Positions 40,276 to 52,125 of a DNA stretch of 64,000 nucleotides are shown here, piece by piece. Source of the DNA: Nannocystis bainbridge. Its GTDB lineage: Bacteria > Myxococcota_A > Polyangia > Nannocystales > Nannocystaceae. The DNA is taken from the NCBI RefSeq assembly GCF_028368995.1, contig NZ_JAQNDL010000003.1:736001-800000 (forward strand), written 5' to 3'. The notes beneath the pieces are model-generated. The model saw only the letters and a program-made list of their open reading frames with translations. It was not told the origin of the DNA and ran no database searches. The stretch's first letter is position 1. Each line of letters opens with the position of its first letter. The position numbers and the translations under genes are program-made.

Positions 40276-41368
40276 CGCGCGCGCTCCGAGGTCGGTACCG
40301 GAAGTAGGCCGCGCAGGCGCCCTCGGCCGACACCATGGTCGCACCTACCGGTGAATCCGGCGTGCAACGTGTGCCGAACGCCGGGCAGTCGGTGGGCCTC
40401 TTGCGGCCCTGAAGCACGAGCCCGCTGATGCACTCTGCCGGCTCCGCGGCGGCGCCAGCCGACATGCCGAACCGCAGCGTGGCGTCGAACGCGGCGAACG
40501 AGGGCCGAAGCGCCAGCCCGCTCGCCGGGAGCTCGCCCAGGCCGCGCCAGCGACGAGGCACGACCTCGAAGACTTCGTGCAACAGACGCCGCGCCGCCTC
40601 GTTCCCGCGCGGGCCGACCGCACGCTCGTACTGGTTGGTGACCACGGCGCGCCCCTCCTCGAGCTGGCGCAGGCACATGTGGATCCCCTGCAAGAGGTCG
40701 AGCGGCTCGAAGCCGGTCACGACGATCGGCACGCCGTAATCGCGGGCCAACCGCTCGTACTCGTCGGTACCCATGATCGTGCAGACGTGGCCCGCGGCGA
40801 GGAACCCGTCGACGCGCCGATCGGAGGCGCTCAGGATCGCTGCGAGCGCGGGGGGGACGAGGACGTGCGAGACCAGGAGCGAGAAATTTCGCACCCGATC
40901 GATCCGGGCCCGGTGCGCGGCCATGGCGTGCGCAGGCGCGGTCGTCTCGAACCCCACGGCCAGGAACACGACCTCTCGCGCGGGGTTTTGCCGCGCCAGC
41001 GCGAGGGCGTCCAGCGCGGAGTAGACCACCCGCACGTCGCCGCCCTTCGCCTTGACGGTGAACAAGTCGCCGTCGGAGCCCGGCACGCGCAGCATGTCAC
41101 CGTAGGAACAAAACGTCACCTCGGGCCGACCCGCCAGCGCCAGCGCCTGATCGAGGATCTCGCACGGAGTCACGCACACTGGACATCCCGGACCGTGCAG
41201 CAGCGAGACCTCGGGCGGCAGCAGCTCCTCGATTCCGAAGCGAACGATCGCGTGGGTCTGCCCACCGCACACCTCCATGATCGACCACGGGCGCGTTACG
41301 ACGCGCCGGATGGCAGCGATGAAACGTCGCGCCTCCGCGCCGCTCCTGTACTCGTCGACGTATTTCAC
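40265..41368 (-). CDS. hypD: Hydrogenase maturation factor HypD
   Basis: [37 protein letters not shown]. Confidence 0.96.
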   Translation of the reverse strand: MKYVDEYRSGAEARRFIAAIRRVVTRPWSIMEVCGGQTHAIVRFGIEELLPPEVSLLHGPGCPVCVTPCEILDQALALAGRPEVTFCSYGDMLRVPGSDGDLFTVKAKGGDVRVVYSALDALALARQNPAREVVFLAVGFETTAPAHAMAAHRARIDRVRNFSLLVSHVLVPPALAAILSASDRRVDGFLAAGHVCTIMGTDEYERLARDYGVPIVVTGFEPLDLLQGIHMCLRQLEEGRAVVTNQYERAVGPRGNEAARRLLHEVFEVVPRRWRGLGELPASGLALRPSFAAFDATLRFGMSAGAAAEPAECISGLVLQGRKRPTDCPAFGTRCTPDSPVGATMVSAEGACAAYFRYRPRSARDVV

Positions 41369-41610
41369 GGGTGCGGCTCCTCGGGTAGGACCTCGCCGAG
41401 CGCGTCCAGGTACGCGAATACGCGTGCCGCAGCTGCTGCATCAATGAGGCCGATAGCGAACCCCGCGTGCACGATCACGAAGTCACCCTCGGCGGCTTCG
41501 GGGGCGTACACGAGGCTCACCTCCTTGACCACGCCGCCGAAGGAGACGCGCCCCATCCGCAGCTCGTCGCTGGCGATGCTCAACACTTCACCGGGTACTC
41601 CGAGACACAT
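41365..41610 (-). CDS. hypC: Hydrogenase chaperone HypC
   Basis: MCLGVPG...[12 protein letters not shown]. Confidence 0.96.
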   Translation of the reverse strand: MCLGVPGEVLSIASDELRMGRVSFGGVVKEVSLVYAPEAAEGDFVIVHAGFAIGLIDAAAAARVFAYLDALGEVLPEEPHP

Positions 41611-43854
41611 GACTTCGCTCCTGCCACCGATGCGTCACCACCCACGACTGTCCGAGCGACAGACCCCCATCGTTCGGCGGCGCCAGCGACGGGGAGTAAA
41701 CCGTGAATCCGGCCCTCTCGAGGCGCCTCCGCGTCGACGTGGCGAGGCGGAGGTTCTGGAAGCAGCCGCCCGCGAGCGCCACTGCGGGGATGGCTGCTCT
41801 ACGGGCGAGCTCAGCCGCCAGCCATGCCAGCGCTTCGTGGAAGCGAGCGCTCACGACCGCCACGGGCACGCCTCGGCGTCGATCCGCCACGACCTCCAGC
41901 ACCAAAGGCTCCCAGTCGACGACGATCGGCGCCGAGCCGCGCAACACAAGGGGGTAGGGCTCTGCGTCCTCGACGTCCTCTGCGACGTACTCGAGCTCCA
42001 TGGCCGCTTGGCCCTCAAAACTCGATTGCTCGCGCACGCCGGCGAGCGCAGCCACGACGTCAAACAGCCGGCCCACGCTGGTCGTGCGTGGCGCGTTGAG
42101 GCCGCGCTCCAGCATCGCATCGAGCACCGCGAGCTCGCACGGAGAAAACCAGGCGGCAGCGATGGCGGAGAAGCCCGCCTCGCCTATCGCATGAAGCGCG
42201 CCGGCGGCGGCGCGACGGCCGTCGCGGATCGCCGCGTCGCCGCCCGGCAGCCTGAACGAGCGCAGGTGCGCGAAGCGAAGCGCCCGCGCCCCATCACACA
42301 CGAGCGCCTCGCCGCCCCAGAGATCGCCGTCCTCCCCGTAGCCGCTCCCGTCCCACGCCAGGCCGAGCAACGGACCCTGGAGGCTGTGCTCGGCGGCACA
42401 AGCGGCCACGTGCGCGTGATGGTGCTGCACTCGCTCGAGCGGGACTTCGTGCTCCGCAGCGAGCACCTCGGCGAGGCGCGTGGAGGCGTAGTCGGGGTGC
42501 AGGTCGCAGGCGATGACCTCGAGGCGGCCGTGCAGGAAGCGGAGCAGGTCGCGGGCTGTGCGTCCGAGCAGCGCTCTCGCCGATTCGCAGTCGAGGTCGC
42601 CGAGGTGTTGGCTGACCACGACCTCGCGACCCACTGCGAGCGTGATCGTGGACTTGAGGTGGCCGCCGAGGCAAAGCACGGGGGGTCCGTCCTCCGTGCG
42701 AAGGAACGAGCGCGGCACGAAGCCTCGTGCCCGTCTCAGGATCTCGAGCCCGTTGGGCCCGATGCGGACGACCGAATCGTCGAGCGGGCGGGCGATCGGC
42801 CGGTCGTGTGCGAGGAACAGATCGGCGACCGCGCCGAGACGCTCGCGGGCCTCCGCGTCGTCGATGCAGATCGGCTCGCTCGAGAGGTTGCCGCTCGTAC
42901 ACACCAGCGGACCGCCGACGTCGGAGAGCAGCAGCCGGTGGAGCGGCGAAGCGGCGAGCATGGCGCCGACGCGAGGGTTGTTCGGGGCGACCTCGGCCGC
43001 GAGCGAGGAGAGCCTCGATCGCCGCACCAGCACGATCGGCGCCGCGGGCGACAGGAGCGCGTGGAGCTCGTCGTCCGCCACGTCGCAGTCGCGACGGAGC
43101 GTGGCGAGCGAGGGGAACATCACCGCGAACGGCTTCTCCTCGCGTCCTTTGCGACGTCGGAGCCGCGCCACCGCCGACGAGCTCGTCGCGTCCACGAGGA
43201 GCTGGTAACCGCCGACACCTTTCACTGCACACACCTGCCCATCGCGGAGGAACTGCACCGCGGCCGCCAGCGCGCCCTCCTCCGCCGCGCTCGTCCTGCC
43301 CATCGCGTCGAGCGCCGCGAGCCTGGGTCCGCATTGCGGGCAGGCGATCGGCTGCGCGTGGAACCGTCGATCCGAGGAATCCTCGTACTCTCGCGCGCAA
43401 TCGTCGCAGAGCGTGAACGAGCGCAGTGTCGTGCGCGTGCGGTCGTAGGGGAGGGCCTCGATCACCGACCACCGAGGTCCGCAAATCGTGCAATTGGTGA
43501 AGGGGTAGCGGTAGCGGCGCTCGCCGGGCGTGGCGATCTCGCGCGCACATTCGTCGCACGGAGCACTGTCAGGCGGCAACGCGACCCCGGAGGCGTCCCC
43601 CACCCGGCTGGCGAGGATCTGGAAGTCCGAGCTGCCGCGCAGTTCGACCTGTCGGCTGACGAGCGTGACGACGCGCGCGCCTGGGGGCGGTCGTCGCCTC
43701 AGGGCTTCACCTCGAGCTGCACGCCGTCGGCCTCGTTGCGGACCCACCCCGACAGCCCCATCTGCCCCGCCAGGCGACAGACGAACGGACGAAAACCTAC
43801 CGCTTGCAGGACGCCCCGCAGGGCGATCGAGAGCCGCTGAGCGCCGAGGTTCAT
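41588..43854 (-). pseudogene. hypF: Carbamoyltransferase HypF split by a frameshift in the acylphosphatase domain
   Basis: 43854-43699 encodes GVLQAVGFRPFV...GWVRNEADGVQLEVKP*; another frame carries PPPGARV, CDEC, CTICGPR, KGVGGY, QHHHAH, DGSGYG, NDGGLSLGQ; possible GTG restart at 43603. Confidence 0.88.
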
Positions 43855-44192
43855 TCGACCTCGATGGATTCGACGCCGAGACCGGGCTCGCGGGCCAGCA
43901 CCGCCTCGGTGCTCTCGCACCGGGGGCACAGGAGCACGTGGTGCTCGGGTTCGTAGACGAGGTCACAGTCCCCGCAACGAGCCTCGATGCGCGAGACCGA
44001 GAGCACGAGCCGCGCGCCCTCGGCCAGCGTGCCGCGGGCGCAGGCCTCGAAGTGGAAGGCCACGCTGTCTGCCGACAGCGACTCTGTTTCGGCGACCCAC
44101 CCGCGGACGGCGCTCACATGTCTGGCGCCGGCCACACGGGCCTGCTCGATCGCGGCGGTCAAAATTTGCCTGGCGATGGATGACTCGTGCAT
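43851..44192 (-). CDS. hypA: Nickel metallochaperone HypA
   Basis: MHESSIA, CGDC, CPRC. Confidence 0.93.
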   Translation of the reverse strand: MHESSIARQILTAAIEQARVAGARHVSAVRGWVAETESLSADSVAFHFEACARGTLAEGARLVLSVSRIEARCGDCDLVYEPEHHVLLCPRCESTEAVLAREPGLGVESIEVE

Positions 44193-44662
44193 TCGTGCCC
44201 TCCGGACGTGTTCTCTCCCAGCATGGCCACCACGGCCCGCACCGCGGCTTCCACGGCTGCCGCCGCCGTCAGCGAGAGCTCCTCAGCGAGCCTCTCCGGC
44301 CGCTCGATCTCGAGGCCGACGATCTGGATCTCGGGCGCCACGGACTCCGGGTACAGGGCGCGCGCCAGCGCGACCGCGGCGGGAAGGTCGAGTCCGTGCG
44401 TCGAGATCGCCACCAGTTGCTGCGCGTCGAAGTCCTCCGGCGTAGCGACATGGAGGTGCCCCAATGCTCCGGAACCGAGGACGGCGTCGACCACGATCAC
44501 GCGATCAACGCCCGTGAGGCGCGCGATCAGCTCCGTGGTGCTGGCGACGAAGTCGACCTGAACGTCGTCGAGGTCCAGACTTCGCAGCCGCTCCGCCACC
44601 CGGATCCCCACCCCGTCGTCGCCCGCGAGGCGTTGCCCCACGCCGATCACCCGCGCGCTCAT
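44159..44662 (-). CDS. Hydrogenase maturation protease
   Basis: [27 protein letters not shown]. Confidence 0.92.
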   Translation of the reverse strand: MSARVIGVGQRLAGDDGVGIRVAERLRSLDLDDVQVDFVASTTELIARLTGVDRVIVVDAVLGSGALGHLHVATPEDFDAQQLVAISTHGLDLPAAVALARALYPESVAPEIQIVGLEIERPERLAEELSLTAAAAVEAAVRAVVAMLGENTSGGHECTSHPSPGKF

Positions 44663-45954
44663 GCCTCCACCTGCTCGATCCGCAGGGTAAGGAAGTGCGC
44701 CGCGCAGGAGATGCAGGGATCATGATTCCGGATCGCCTGCTCCGCCCGCGCGGTCGCGGCCTTGTGGGACAGCCCTGCTAACACCGGCGCCATCGCCCGC
44801 AGATCGTCTTCGATGCAGCGCTGATTCTGCGAGGTCGGCGGGACGATCTTCGCGTCCGTGATGAGACCGTCGTCACCGATTGAATAGCGGTGGTAAAGAA
44901 TGCCGCGCGGCGCCTCGGTGCACCCATGGCCCAGCCCGGGCGCACATGGGACGTCCTCCGAGGCCACCGTCGGAGGGTCGTACGAGCGCACGAGCCGCGC
45001 CGCCTCGTCAAACGCCTGGATCGTCTCCACAGCGCGCGCCAGGATGCTCTTGAAAGGATTCGTGCATGGCGGGACGAAGCCGACGTCCTCGGCCGCGGCT
45101 CGGGCTCGCGGCGACAGCCGGTCGAAGTTGAGGTTGAAGCGCGAGAGAGGGCCGCAGAGGTAGGCGCCGCGGCCGTTGCGCTGTGACTGCAGCGCGCTCG
45201 AGTGCTGGACGTGCTCTTCCGTGAAGTGGGCGTCGTACTCGTGCGCCGCGATGTCGAGGCCCGCGCTGGAGACGATGCGCCCCTCGTTCATGGGGTACTC
45301 GTCGGGATGACGAAGGGCGACGAATTCATACTCCCTGCGGAAATCGGGGTAGGAGAAGCCGGCTGTCCAGCGCAGGAGAGCCTCGGCAGCGTCGAGGCCC
45401 CACTCGAGCTCGGGGAGCAGCGCCAGCAACTCGGAGCGCGACGGGGCGCGGTAGAAGCCTCCGACCTTGATGTTGATCGGGTGGATCTCGCGGCCACCCA
45501 GCAGGGTCATGATCGCGTTCCCTGCTTTCTTCATCCGCAGTCCGCGCTTGACCTCGTCCGGGTGGGACTTCGCCATGGTGAGCGCGTCGGGAAAGCCGAG
45601 GAAATCGGGGGTGTGCAGCATCACCATGTGCAAGAGGTGGCTCTCGATCCACTCACCGCAGTAGAGCAGGCGCCGGAGGGCCCGCACCGCGGGCTCGACG
45701 CGCAGGCCGTGCGCGGCCTCGATCGCATGACAGGCGCTCATCTGGTATGCGACCGGGCAGATGCCGCAGATCCGGGACGTGATGTCGGGCGCTTCGAGCT
45801 GCGCGCGACCACGCAGGAGCGCCTCGAAGAAGCGCGGCGGCTCGAAGATCCGCAGCTGCACCTCTTCGGCCGTCTCGCCGCGGAGGCGGATGAAGAGCGC
45901 GCCCTCTCCCTCGACGCGGGCGAGATAATCGACCTTGATGGTCCTAGTCGCCAT
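44659..45954 (-). CDS. [NiFe]-hydrogenase large (alpha) subunit, group 3b type
   Basis: [22 protein letters not shown] (L1), [21 protein letters not shown] (L2) plus cleavable tail. Confidence 0.95.
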   Translation of the reverse strand: MATRTIKVDYLARVEGEGALFIRLRGETAEEVQLRIFEPPRFFEALLRGRAQLEAPDITSRICGICPVAYQMSACHAIEAAHGLRVEPAVRALRRLLYCGEWIESHLLHMVMLHTPDFLGFPDALTMAKSHPDEVKRGLRMKKAGNAIMTLLGGREIHPINIKVGGFYRAPSRSELLALLPELEWGLDAAEALLRWTAGFSYPDFRREYEFVALRHPDEYPMNEGRIVSSAGLDIAAHEYDAHFTEEHVQHSSALQSQRNGRGAYLCGPLSRFNLNFDRLSPRARAAAEDVGFVPPCTNPFKSILARAVETIQAFDEAARLVRSYDPPTVASEDVPCAPGLGHGCTEAPRGILYHRYSIGDDGLITDAKIVPPTSQNQRCIEDDLRAMAPVLAGLSHKAATARAEQAIRNHDPCISCAAHFLTLRIEQVEA

Positions 45955-46723
45955 GCGACAGCCCCTCCTGGCGGAACGGTCCGGCGTTGGCGTTGAAGGT
46001 GTGGAAATACCGACGCACGCCGCCTTCGCTCACGCCCATCTGCACGAAGCCGCGGGCCAGCGCGGCGGTGTTGGGCGCCTCGGCGGGGCCGTAGCAGCCG
46101 TAACAGCCGCGGATGTAGCTCGGGCAGAGGGCGCCGCAGCCGGCATGGGTCACCGGTCCCATGCAGGGGGTACCGTGGGCCACCATGACGCAGACGGTGC
46201 CGCGCATCTTGCACTCGACGCAGGTGCTGTGCGAGGCGATCGCGGGCCGACGGCCGTGGAGGTATGCGCTCAGCACCTCGAGCAGCTGCCGCTTGTCGAT
46301 CGGACAGCCTCGCAGTTCGAAGTCGACGGGCACGTGTTCGGCGATCGCGGTCGAGGTGGTGAGCGAGTCGATGTAGTCAGGCCGCGCGTACACCACGCGC
46401 AGCATCTCCGCGTGATCCCGGAAGTTGCGCAGCGCCTGGATCCCGCCGGCCGTGGCGCACGCGCCGATGGTCACGAGGGACCGCGAGACGGCCCGCACTC
46501 GCCGGATGCGCTCGGCGTCGTCGGCCGTCGTGATCGACCCCTCGACCAGCGATACTTCGTAGGGGCCGCCCACGTCCGCGCTGGTCGCCTCCCGGAAATA
46601 GGCGATCTGCAGCGCGTCGGCGATCGCCAGGAGCTCATCCTCGCAATCGAGGAGCGTGAGCTGGCAGCCGTCGCAGGAGGCGAACTTCCACACCGCCAGC
46701 TTGGGGCGTCGCTTCCTCGGCAT
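45944..46723 (-). CDS. [NiFe]-hydrogenase small (delta) subunit
   Basis: [26 protein letters not shown]...CVMV...PCMG...GCGALCP...CYGCYG. Confidence 0.95.
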   Translation of the reverse strand: MPRKRRPKLAVWKFASCDGCQLTLLDCEDELLAIADALQIAYFREATSADVGGPYEVSLVEGSITTADDAERIRRVRAVSRSLVTIGACATAGGIQALRNFRDHAEMLRVVYARPDYIDSLTTSTAIAEHVPVDFELRGCPIDKRQLLEVLSAYLHGRRPAIASHSTCVECKMRGTVCVMVAHGTPCMGPVTHAGCGALCPSYIRGCYGCYGPAEAPNTAALARGFVQMGVSEGGVRRYFHTFNANAGPFRQEGLSHGD

Positions 46724-46724
46724 T

Positions 46725-47567
46725 TCAGATCTCCCTCACGTAGAACAGGCGCTCGATGCGATCGAAGCGGTAGACGGGGCCGTCCTTGCACACGAACGTG
46801 GGGCCGTACTGACAATGGCCGCAGAAGCCGACGCCGCACTTCATGCTCCGCTCCATGGACACGTGGATCCGCTCGTGCGGCACGCCGCGGCGCTCGAGCT
46901 CACGGACCGCGAAGCGCATCATCACCTCGGGGCCGCAGAGCAGCGCGACCGTCGCCGCGGGGTCGAGCTCGACCTCGGCGATCAGCGCCGGCACCACCGC
47001 CACCGTGCCCCTGAACGATGTGTCGGCCCGATCGACGGTGACCTCCACGGTCACGTCGAACCGGCTGCGCCAGCGCTCCAGCTCCTTGCGGAAGATGAAG
47101 TCGGCCGGCGAGCGGAACCCGGCCAGCACGATCACTCGGCGATACAGGCTCCGGGCCGCGAGCGCGTGGAGGATCGCGGGGCGCAGCGGCGCGACGCCGA
47201 GGCCGCCCGCGACGAACAGCAAGTCCTGGTCGCGGGCCTCGGCCAGGGGCCACGCGCTGCCGAACGGGCCGCGGACGCCGATGGTATCGCCCTTGCGGAG
47301 GCCCTGCATGGCCCGCGTCACCGCGCCCACCGCCCGGATCGTGTGGACCAGCTCCTCGGGTCGGTTCGGGTCGCCGCTGATCGAGATCGGCACCTCGCCC
47401 GCGCCGAAGGCGTAGAGCATGTTGAATTGCCCGGGCGCGAACGAGAAGCCCGCGCCTGAGGGCGCCGCGAGGTGCCAGGTGAACACGTCGGGCAGCTCGC
47501 GGTCCACCCGGCTGATGCGGGCGAACGCCGGGACCATGGGGTCGAACAGCGGGATCGGCGTGGTCAT
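46725..47567 (-). CDS. Hydrogenase gamma subunit (FAD/NAD(P)-binding, 2Fe-2S)
   Basis: [53 protein letters not shown]. Confidence 0.93.
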   Translation of the reverse strand: MTTPIPLFDPMVPAFARISRVDRELPDVFTWHLAAPSGAGFSFAPGQFNMLYAFGAGEVPISISGDPNRPEELVHTIRAVGAVTRAMQGLRKGDTIGVRGPFGSAWPLAEARDQDLLFVAGGLGVAPLRPAILHALAARSLYRRVIVLAGFRSPADFIFRKELERWRSRFDVTVEVTVDRADTSFRGTVAVVPALIAEVELDPAATVALLCGPEVMMRFAVRELERRGVPHERIHVSMERSMKCGVGFCGHCQYGPTFVCKDGPVYRFDRIERLFYVREI

Positions 47568-48046
47568 GGCGAGGCCTTGTAGACGTCGAGCCGCTGGAGT
47601 CGCACGCGCTCGAGCCGATGGTAGGTCAGGGCGAGCAGACGCTTCATCAACACGTATCCGAGCTCGTGATCGGCCTCCATCTTGCGGTAGAGGCACGCCC
47701 CGTCGAGCGCGAGGGCCACGACCGGATCGAGCGCGCGCGCGTCGAGGTGCACGCGCGGCGGTAGTGAGGGATCGGCGCCGTCGAGCCTGGTCCACGAGAG
47801 GCCGAGCACATCGCCGGCGCCGACCGTTTCGACCCGTACCGCGCCGCGCCCGGGGACGTGGACCTCGAGAGAGGCACGACCGGCGCGCAGGAGGTAGAAC
47901 GTCCTGGCCTCTTCGCCCTCGCGGAGAAGGAACTGTCCGGGCTGGAAGCGCACGTTCTTCGTGCAACCGACCAAAACCGCGTGGTGCGCTCGACCCAGGC
48001 CGTCGAGGAACGGGTGGGCAGCGAGGAGCCGGGCCAGATCGTCCAT
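47564..48046 (-). CDS. Stand-alone cyclic-nucleotide-binding (Crp-like, no HTH) protein
   Basis: [46 protein letters not shown]. Confidence 0.88.
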   Translation of the reverse strand: MDDLARLLAAHPFLDGLGRAHHAVLVGCTKNVRFQPGQFLLREGEEARTFYLLRAGRASLEVHVPGRGAVRVETVGAGDVLGLSWTRLDGADPSLPPRVHLDARALDPVVALALDGACLYRKMEADHELGYVLMKRLLALTYHRLERVRLQRLDVYKASP

Positions 48047-48056
48047 CGGGCTCCCG

Positions 48057-49196
48057 TCATGCGACCGGCACGTCCGCGCGGAGCGCCGCGGCTTCTTCGG
48101 TGATGTCGATCCCGACCGGGCACCAGGTGATGCAGCGGCCGCACCCGACGCAGCCCGAGGTTCCGTATTGATCGATCCAGCTGGCGAGCTTGTGGGTGAG
48201 CCATTGACGGTACCGCGCCCGCAGCGACGGCCGCACGCTGCCTCCGTGTACGTACGAGTGATCGAGCGTGAAGCAAGAGTCCCACCGGCGCTCCCGCGTC
48301 GCCGTCGCGCCAGCGAGATCCGTCGTATCGACCGTCGTGCTGCAGAAGCAAGTCGGGCACACGAGCGTGCAGTTGGTACAGCCGAGGCAGCGTTCGGCCA
48401 CCTGTGCCCATCTGGGGTGCTCCTGGTTGGCGTAGAAGAGCGACTTGATGTCGCGCGTGTCCATGTGCCGACCCATGTTCGCGGTCGCAGCGGCGGTGAC
48501 GGCGGACGCGGCCGCGTGGTCAGCCTCGCTCGCCGGCGCGTGCTCGACGCGAGCGAGGAGGTCGGCACCCGCCGCCGATCCGACCTCGACCACGAAGCGG
48601 TGCGGGCCGCCGCTCAGGAGCTCCGTCAGCGCGAGATCGAAGCCGCCGCTCGCCCGTGGCCCTGTGCCCATCGACGCGCAGAAGCAGGTGCCGCTCGGCT
48701 CTCCGCAATTGACAGCCACGACGAACACGCCGCGCCGACGCGACGCATAGTCGGCGTCGACATGATGTCCCCCGACGAACACCCGATCTTGAACCGCGAT
48801 CGCCTGCAGCTCGCACGAGCGAACGCCGATCAGCGCGAGCTTCCGGTCGATCGGGGGCTCGGGCGTCAACACCGGGCCGCCCGCGCCCCTCCGCAGCTGG
48901 AAGAGCCGGATCGAGGGCGGAAAGAACTCGCGCTTGTGGGACTGCGGACCGACCGCATAGCCGAACAGCGCCTGGTCGGCGCGACGGCGCAGCCGGTAAC
49001 GGCCGGGCGCTTGCTCGTCGCCGACGCCTACTGGAAGGTCCTCGATGCCGCGCAGCTGGTCGTGGACGATCGCGCCGTCACGGACGGTCGGCCCCACGAC
49101 GAGATAACCATCATCGCGCAGATGCTGAAGGAGAGACGCGAGTCCGTCACGAAGGAGCAGGACGCTCGCATTGATGTCGGGTCTCGGATGCACCAT
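48057..49196 (-). CDS. Hydrogenase beta subunit (4Fe-4S dicluster, AsrA-like)
   Basis: [53 protein letters not shown]. Confidence 0.93.
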   Translation of the reverse strand: MVHPRPDINASVLLLRDGLASLLQHLRDDGYLVVGPTVRDGAIVHDQLRGIEDLPVGVGDEQAPGRYRLRRRADQALFGYAVGPQSHKREFFPPSIRLFQLRRGAGGPVLTPEPPIDRKLALIGVRSCELQAIAVQDRVFVGGHHVDADYASRRRGVFVVAVNCGEPSGTCFCASMGTGPRASGGFDLALTELLSGGPHRFVVEVGSAAGADLLARVEHAPASEADHAAASAVTAAATANMGRHMDTRDIKSLFYANQEHPRWAQVAERCLGCTNCTLVCPTCFCSTTVDTTDLAGATATRERRWDSCFTLDHSYVHGGSVRPSLRARYRQWLTHKLASWIDQYGTSGCVGCGRCITWCPVGIDITEEAAALRADVPVA

Positions 49197-49775
49197 GCTC
49201 GCTCCGGCGCGGCCTGCGGCCGGCCATGGACCGATGAACGATGCGAGAATGCCGTCCCGCGTCGAGCAGGTCCGACGGCGATCGCACCGATTCGACGATT
49301 CGCCCGCCCACAAGCCAGGAGCCCGCGCGGGCGAACCACAGTCTGCCGCGGGACGCGCCACAGCGAAGTAACCCGTGGTGGCCCCAGTGCGGCTCGCGCC
49401 AGCGACCACCCGGACGACCGGCGCTCCACACTCTCGAACCCACGTCCGCCCGTTCTCACCGCTCTACGACGAGGTCGACCACTGCTCGACCCGCCTCCGC
49501 ATGGACGCTCGACGGCCCCACGGTGCTCCATACGCCGATGCCGGGGTTCAGCGCCGCGCTCGCCATCGACCTGGTGCCGGGCGCGATCGTCCTCGGTCTC
49601 CTGCACGTCTACCTCGGCTTGCGCGGGGCTCAGTCCGCCAACGTGAAGGTCCCGGCATGATTGGCCGCAGCGTCGCGGCAGTGTCCGGGGCATTGCGGCG
49701 CTGCAACGGCTCTGACATGGTGATCGTCGGGACGCGACCAGGCGTCCAACCCGACCGGCCCGGAGGTCACTCGAC

Positions 49776-50060
49776 ATGATCACGTTGGAGATGCGCGGCG
49801 CGTGGCGGGAGCTAGAACGCAAGCTCCGTCCGTTCGTCGCGCGCCGCGTCGCCGGGCCGACGCCGAAGATGTCCTCCAGGACATTTTCTTGCGCATGCAG
49901 AAGAGCTTGCCCCACCTCCGTGACGAGGATCGTTTCGGGCCGTGGGTGTACCAGGTCGCCCGGAGCGCCATCGTCGACCACCAGCGCGCGGCCCTGCGGC
50001 ACCCGCTGGCGTCTCTCGAAGCTGCCGACGAGCCCGCCGCGGACGACCCCTCCGCCCACC
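49776..50060 (+). pseudogene. SigZ-like ECF sigma factor remnant (frameshifted, region 4 lost)
   Basis: GGAGG RBS; MITLEMRGAWRELERKLRPFVARRV, then a frame change near 49856 to ADAEDVLQDIFLRMQKSL...FGPWVYQVARSAIVDH. Confidence 0.8.
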
Positions 50061-50200
50061 GATCCCCGTCCGAGCGCGTAGGGCCCGATGATTCCGCGGG
50101 GCGTGGAGTCGCGCCGGCGTTCGCCCTCGGACGCAAGACATCTGCGGACGCCGCCGACCTTCTCCTGGCCATTCCCGGCTGCTCGGGTTCGACGGAGACA

Positions 50201-51886
50201 TCACTGGCAGGCGCCGTCCCACTCGTGGGCGCCGATGCTGAGCGGCAGCGTGCGGGGCAGGCCGCGGAGGTCCGCCGGCGCGTAGGCGGTGATGTCGCGG
50301 CCGCCCTTCGTCACCGTGCAGGGGGACTGGGCGTCGAGGAGCAGGTCGTCTTCGGGGCCGACGAGGACGTCCGGCAGCTTGAGATTGGCCGAGGCGTTCG
50401 CGCCCAGGCCGTTCTCGAACTGCACCACCGTCGTCCACTGCCGGGAGGGGTTGGAGCCCCGCAGCACCTCGTCGCAGTTGAAGACGTTGTTGCGCGCGTG
50501 GCTCGGGACGGACGTGCCGCTCATGGACTGGATGCACGCGACCACGTCGTCGTGCTTGCCTTCGATCAGGTTGTTGTCGACGATCGGCTGGGCCGACTGA
50601 TCGAGGTAGAGCCCGCGCGCGGGGCCGCCGCCGTTGAGGTAGATGCTGTTGCCCAGCACCTTCGAGGCGCCGCCGCTGAGCTGGATGGCGAACGCGCCGC
50701 CTGGCACGTTGGACAGGTCGAGCACGTTGGCCACGAATGCGCCGTTCGAGGCCGAGGCGTGGATGGCTCGCGCGCCGCCGGTGGCCTTGGGGCTCTGGAA
50801 GCGGAAGCGGTTGGCGACGACGGTCGGGTGCCCGTCGACGACGCGGAGGCCGTAGGCCTGGATATCGGGGATGGCGACGATCGGCTCGAGGACGTTGTTG
50901 CTGATCGTCGCGTCCCCCCGGACGAAGACGGCCGCGCGATAGGTGCCGCGGGCGACGCCGACGTGAAAGCCGTCGATCACGGTGCCCGCCTGCACGCCGG
51001 TGGGGACCTCGATCGCCCGGTGGGGATCGGTCGCGGACGAGGAGAGCGTGACGAGCGAGGCGTCGACGATCTTGGTGACGTGTTGAGAGGGATCTCGCTC
51101 GCCCCAGTCAGCCCGGTAGCCGCCGTACAGCGAGATGCCGTCGACAATCACGATGTGGTCGCCGTTGGAGTAGTCGATCGTGTACTCGCCCTCGGCGACG
51201 CGGATCGTGTCGATGGTGCCGAGCTGCGCGGCCTGGTCGATGGCCCACTGGATGGTGCGCAGCGGCAGGTCTGCGGTGCCGGGATTGCTGTTCAGGCCGT
51301 CAGGGTGGACGTAGAGCACGTTCGCGTCGCCGCCGCCGTCGGTGGTGCTGCCGTCGCTGCTCGAGCCGCCGGTCGTTGTGCCGGTGGTGTCGGTGGTGCC
51401 GTCAGTGGTGGCGCCCGTGGTGGTGCCCGTGGTGTCGGTGGTGGTGTCGGTGGTGGCGCCCGTGGTGGTGCCCGTGGTGTCCGTGGTGGTGCCCGTGGTG
51501 TCGGTGGTGGCGCCCGTGGTGGTGCCCGTGGTGTCCGTGGTGGTGTCCGTGGTGGTCTCCGTGGTGGCGCCCGTGGTGTCGTCTACGCCCTCGGTGGTGG
51601 AATCGCCGGTGAGCGAATCATCGGTGGTTGGGTCGCCGGTGAGCGAGGTGCTGGTCGGCGTGGGGCCGGTCGACGTGCTGGGAGCCTCGGTGGTGGTCGT
51701 GCCGGGGTCGCCGGGGGTCGTCGCGTCCGAGGTCGAGCCGGTCGCGTCGTCGGTGGTCGCGGCGGTGGAGCTGGTCTCACCGGAGGCGGAGCTGTCTCCG
51801 CCGACGCCGCCGCACGCCGGGCCGATGCCCAGCGCGGTCACGATCAGGAAGGAGCGCCACTCATGAAAGTCAGCGAGTCGGTGCAT
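50201..51886 (-). CDS. Lipoprotein with long Thr-rich linker and DUF1565/parallel beta-helix domain
   Basis: GIGPAC lipobox-like; LYVHPDGLNSNPGTADLPLRTIQWAI, IRVAEGEY, LYGGY, ISNN/VDNN repeats, IGAHE. Confidence 0.85.
   Translation of the reverse strand: MHRLADFHEWRSFLIVTALGIGPACGGVGGDSSASGETSSTAATTDDATGSTSDATTPGDPGTTTTEAPSTSTGPTPTSTSLTGDPTTDDSLTGDSTTEGVDDTTGATTETTTDTTTDTTGTTTGATTDTTGTTTDTTGTTTGATTDTTTDTTGTTTGATTDGTTDTTGTTTGGSSSDGSTTDGGGDANVLYVHPDGLNSNPGTADLPLRTIQWAIDQAAQLGTIDTIRVAEGEYTIDYSNGDHIVIVDGISLYGGYRADWGERDPSQHVTKIVDASLVTLSSSATDPHRAIEVPTGVQAGTVIDGFHVGVARGTYRAAVFVRGDATISNNVLEPIVAIPDIQAYGLRVVDGHPTVVANRFRFQSPKATGGARAIHASASNGAFVANVLDLSNVPGGAFAIQLSGGASKVLGNSIYLNGGGPARGLYLDQSAQPIVDNNLIEGKHDDVVACIQSMSGTSVPSHARNNVFNCDEVLRGSNPSRQWTTVVQFENGLGANASANLKLPDVLVGPEDDLLLDAQSPCTVTKGGRDITAYAPADLRGLPRTLPLSIGAHEWDGACQ
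51370..51585 (-). repeat. Imperfect coding tandem repeat (TTDTTGTTTGA)n
   Basis: Repeated GGTGGTGCCCGTGGTGTC(G/C)GTGGTG units on the + strand. Confidence 0.9.
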
Positions 51887-52125
51887 GGGGCGCACGATGT
51901 CACGCGGACCCCGGCCCTGCACAGGGCGGGGTCGACGCGGGCATGTATCGTGAGTGCTCCCAAACATCGCGGCGACGGGAGTCGTGCCGGCGCTCTCGCG
52001 GAGCGGCGGCGAGATTGCGCGGTCTCATACTCGCATCCGCGCAATTATGACTCGCATGGATGCGAGATTCGACGCGCGGGCCGACGAAGACGTGCGGCGC
52101 CGCGCCTCGTGGTGTAACGGCGGTC

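Noticed and set aside
44659-45954. [NiFeSe] hydrogenase or selenocysteine recoding
   Set aside because: L2 motif is DPCISC with ordinary Cys codons and there is no in-frame TGA.
51376-51612. Trp/Cys-rich 78-aa ORF (WCPW repeats) as a RiPP precursor
   Set aside because: It is an opposite-strand reading of the Thr-repeat linker, with no RBS or modifying enzymes nearby.
49802-52117. 771-aa plus-strand ORF starting with sigma-like sequence
   Set aside because: Only the first ~85 codons are the SigZ remnant; the rest is the antisense of the beta-helix lipoprotein.
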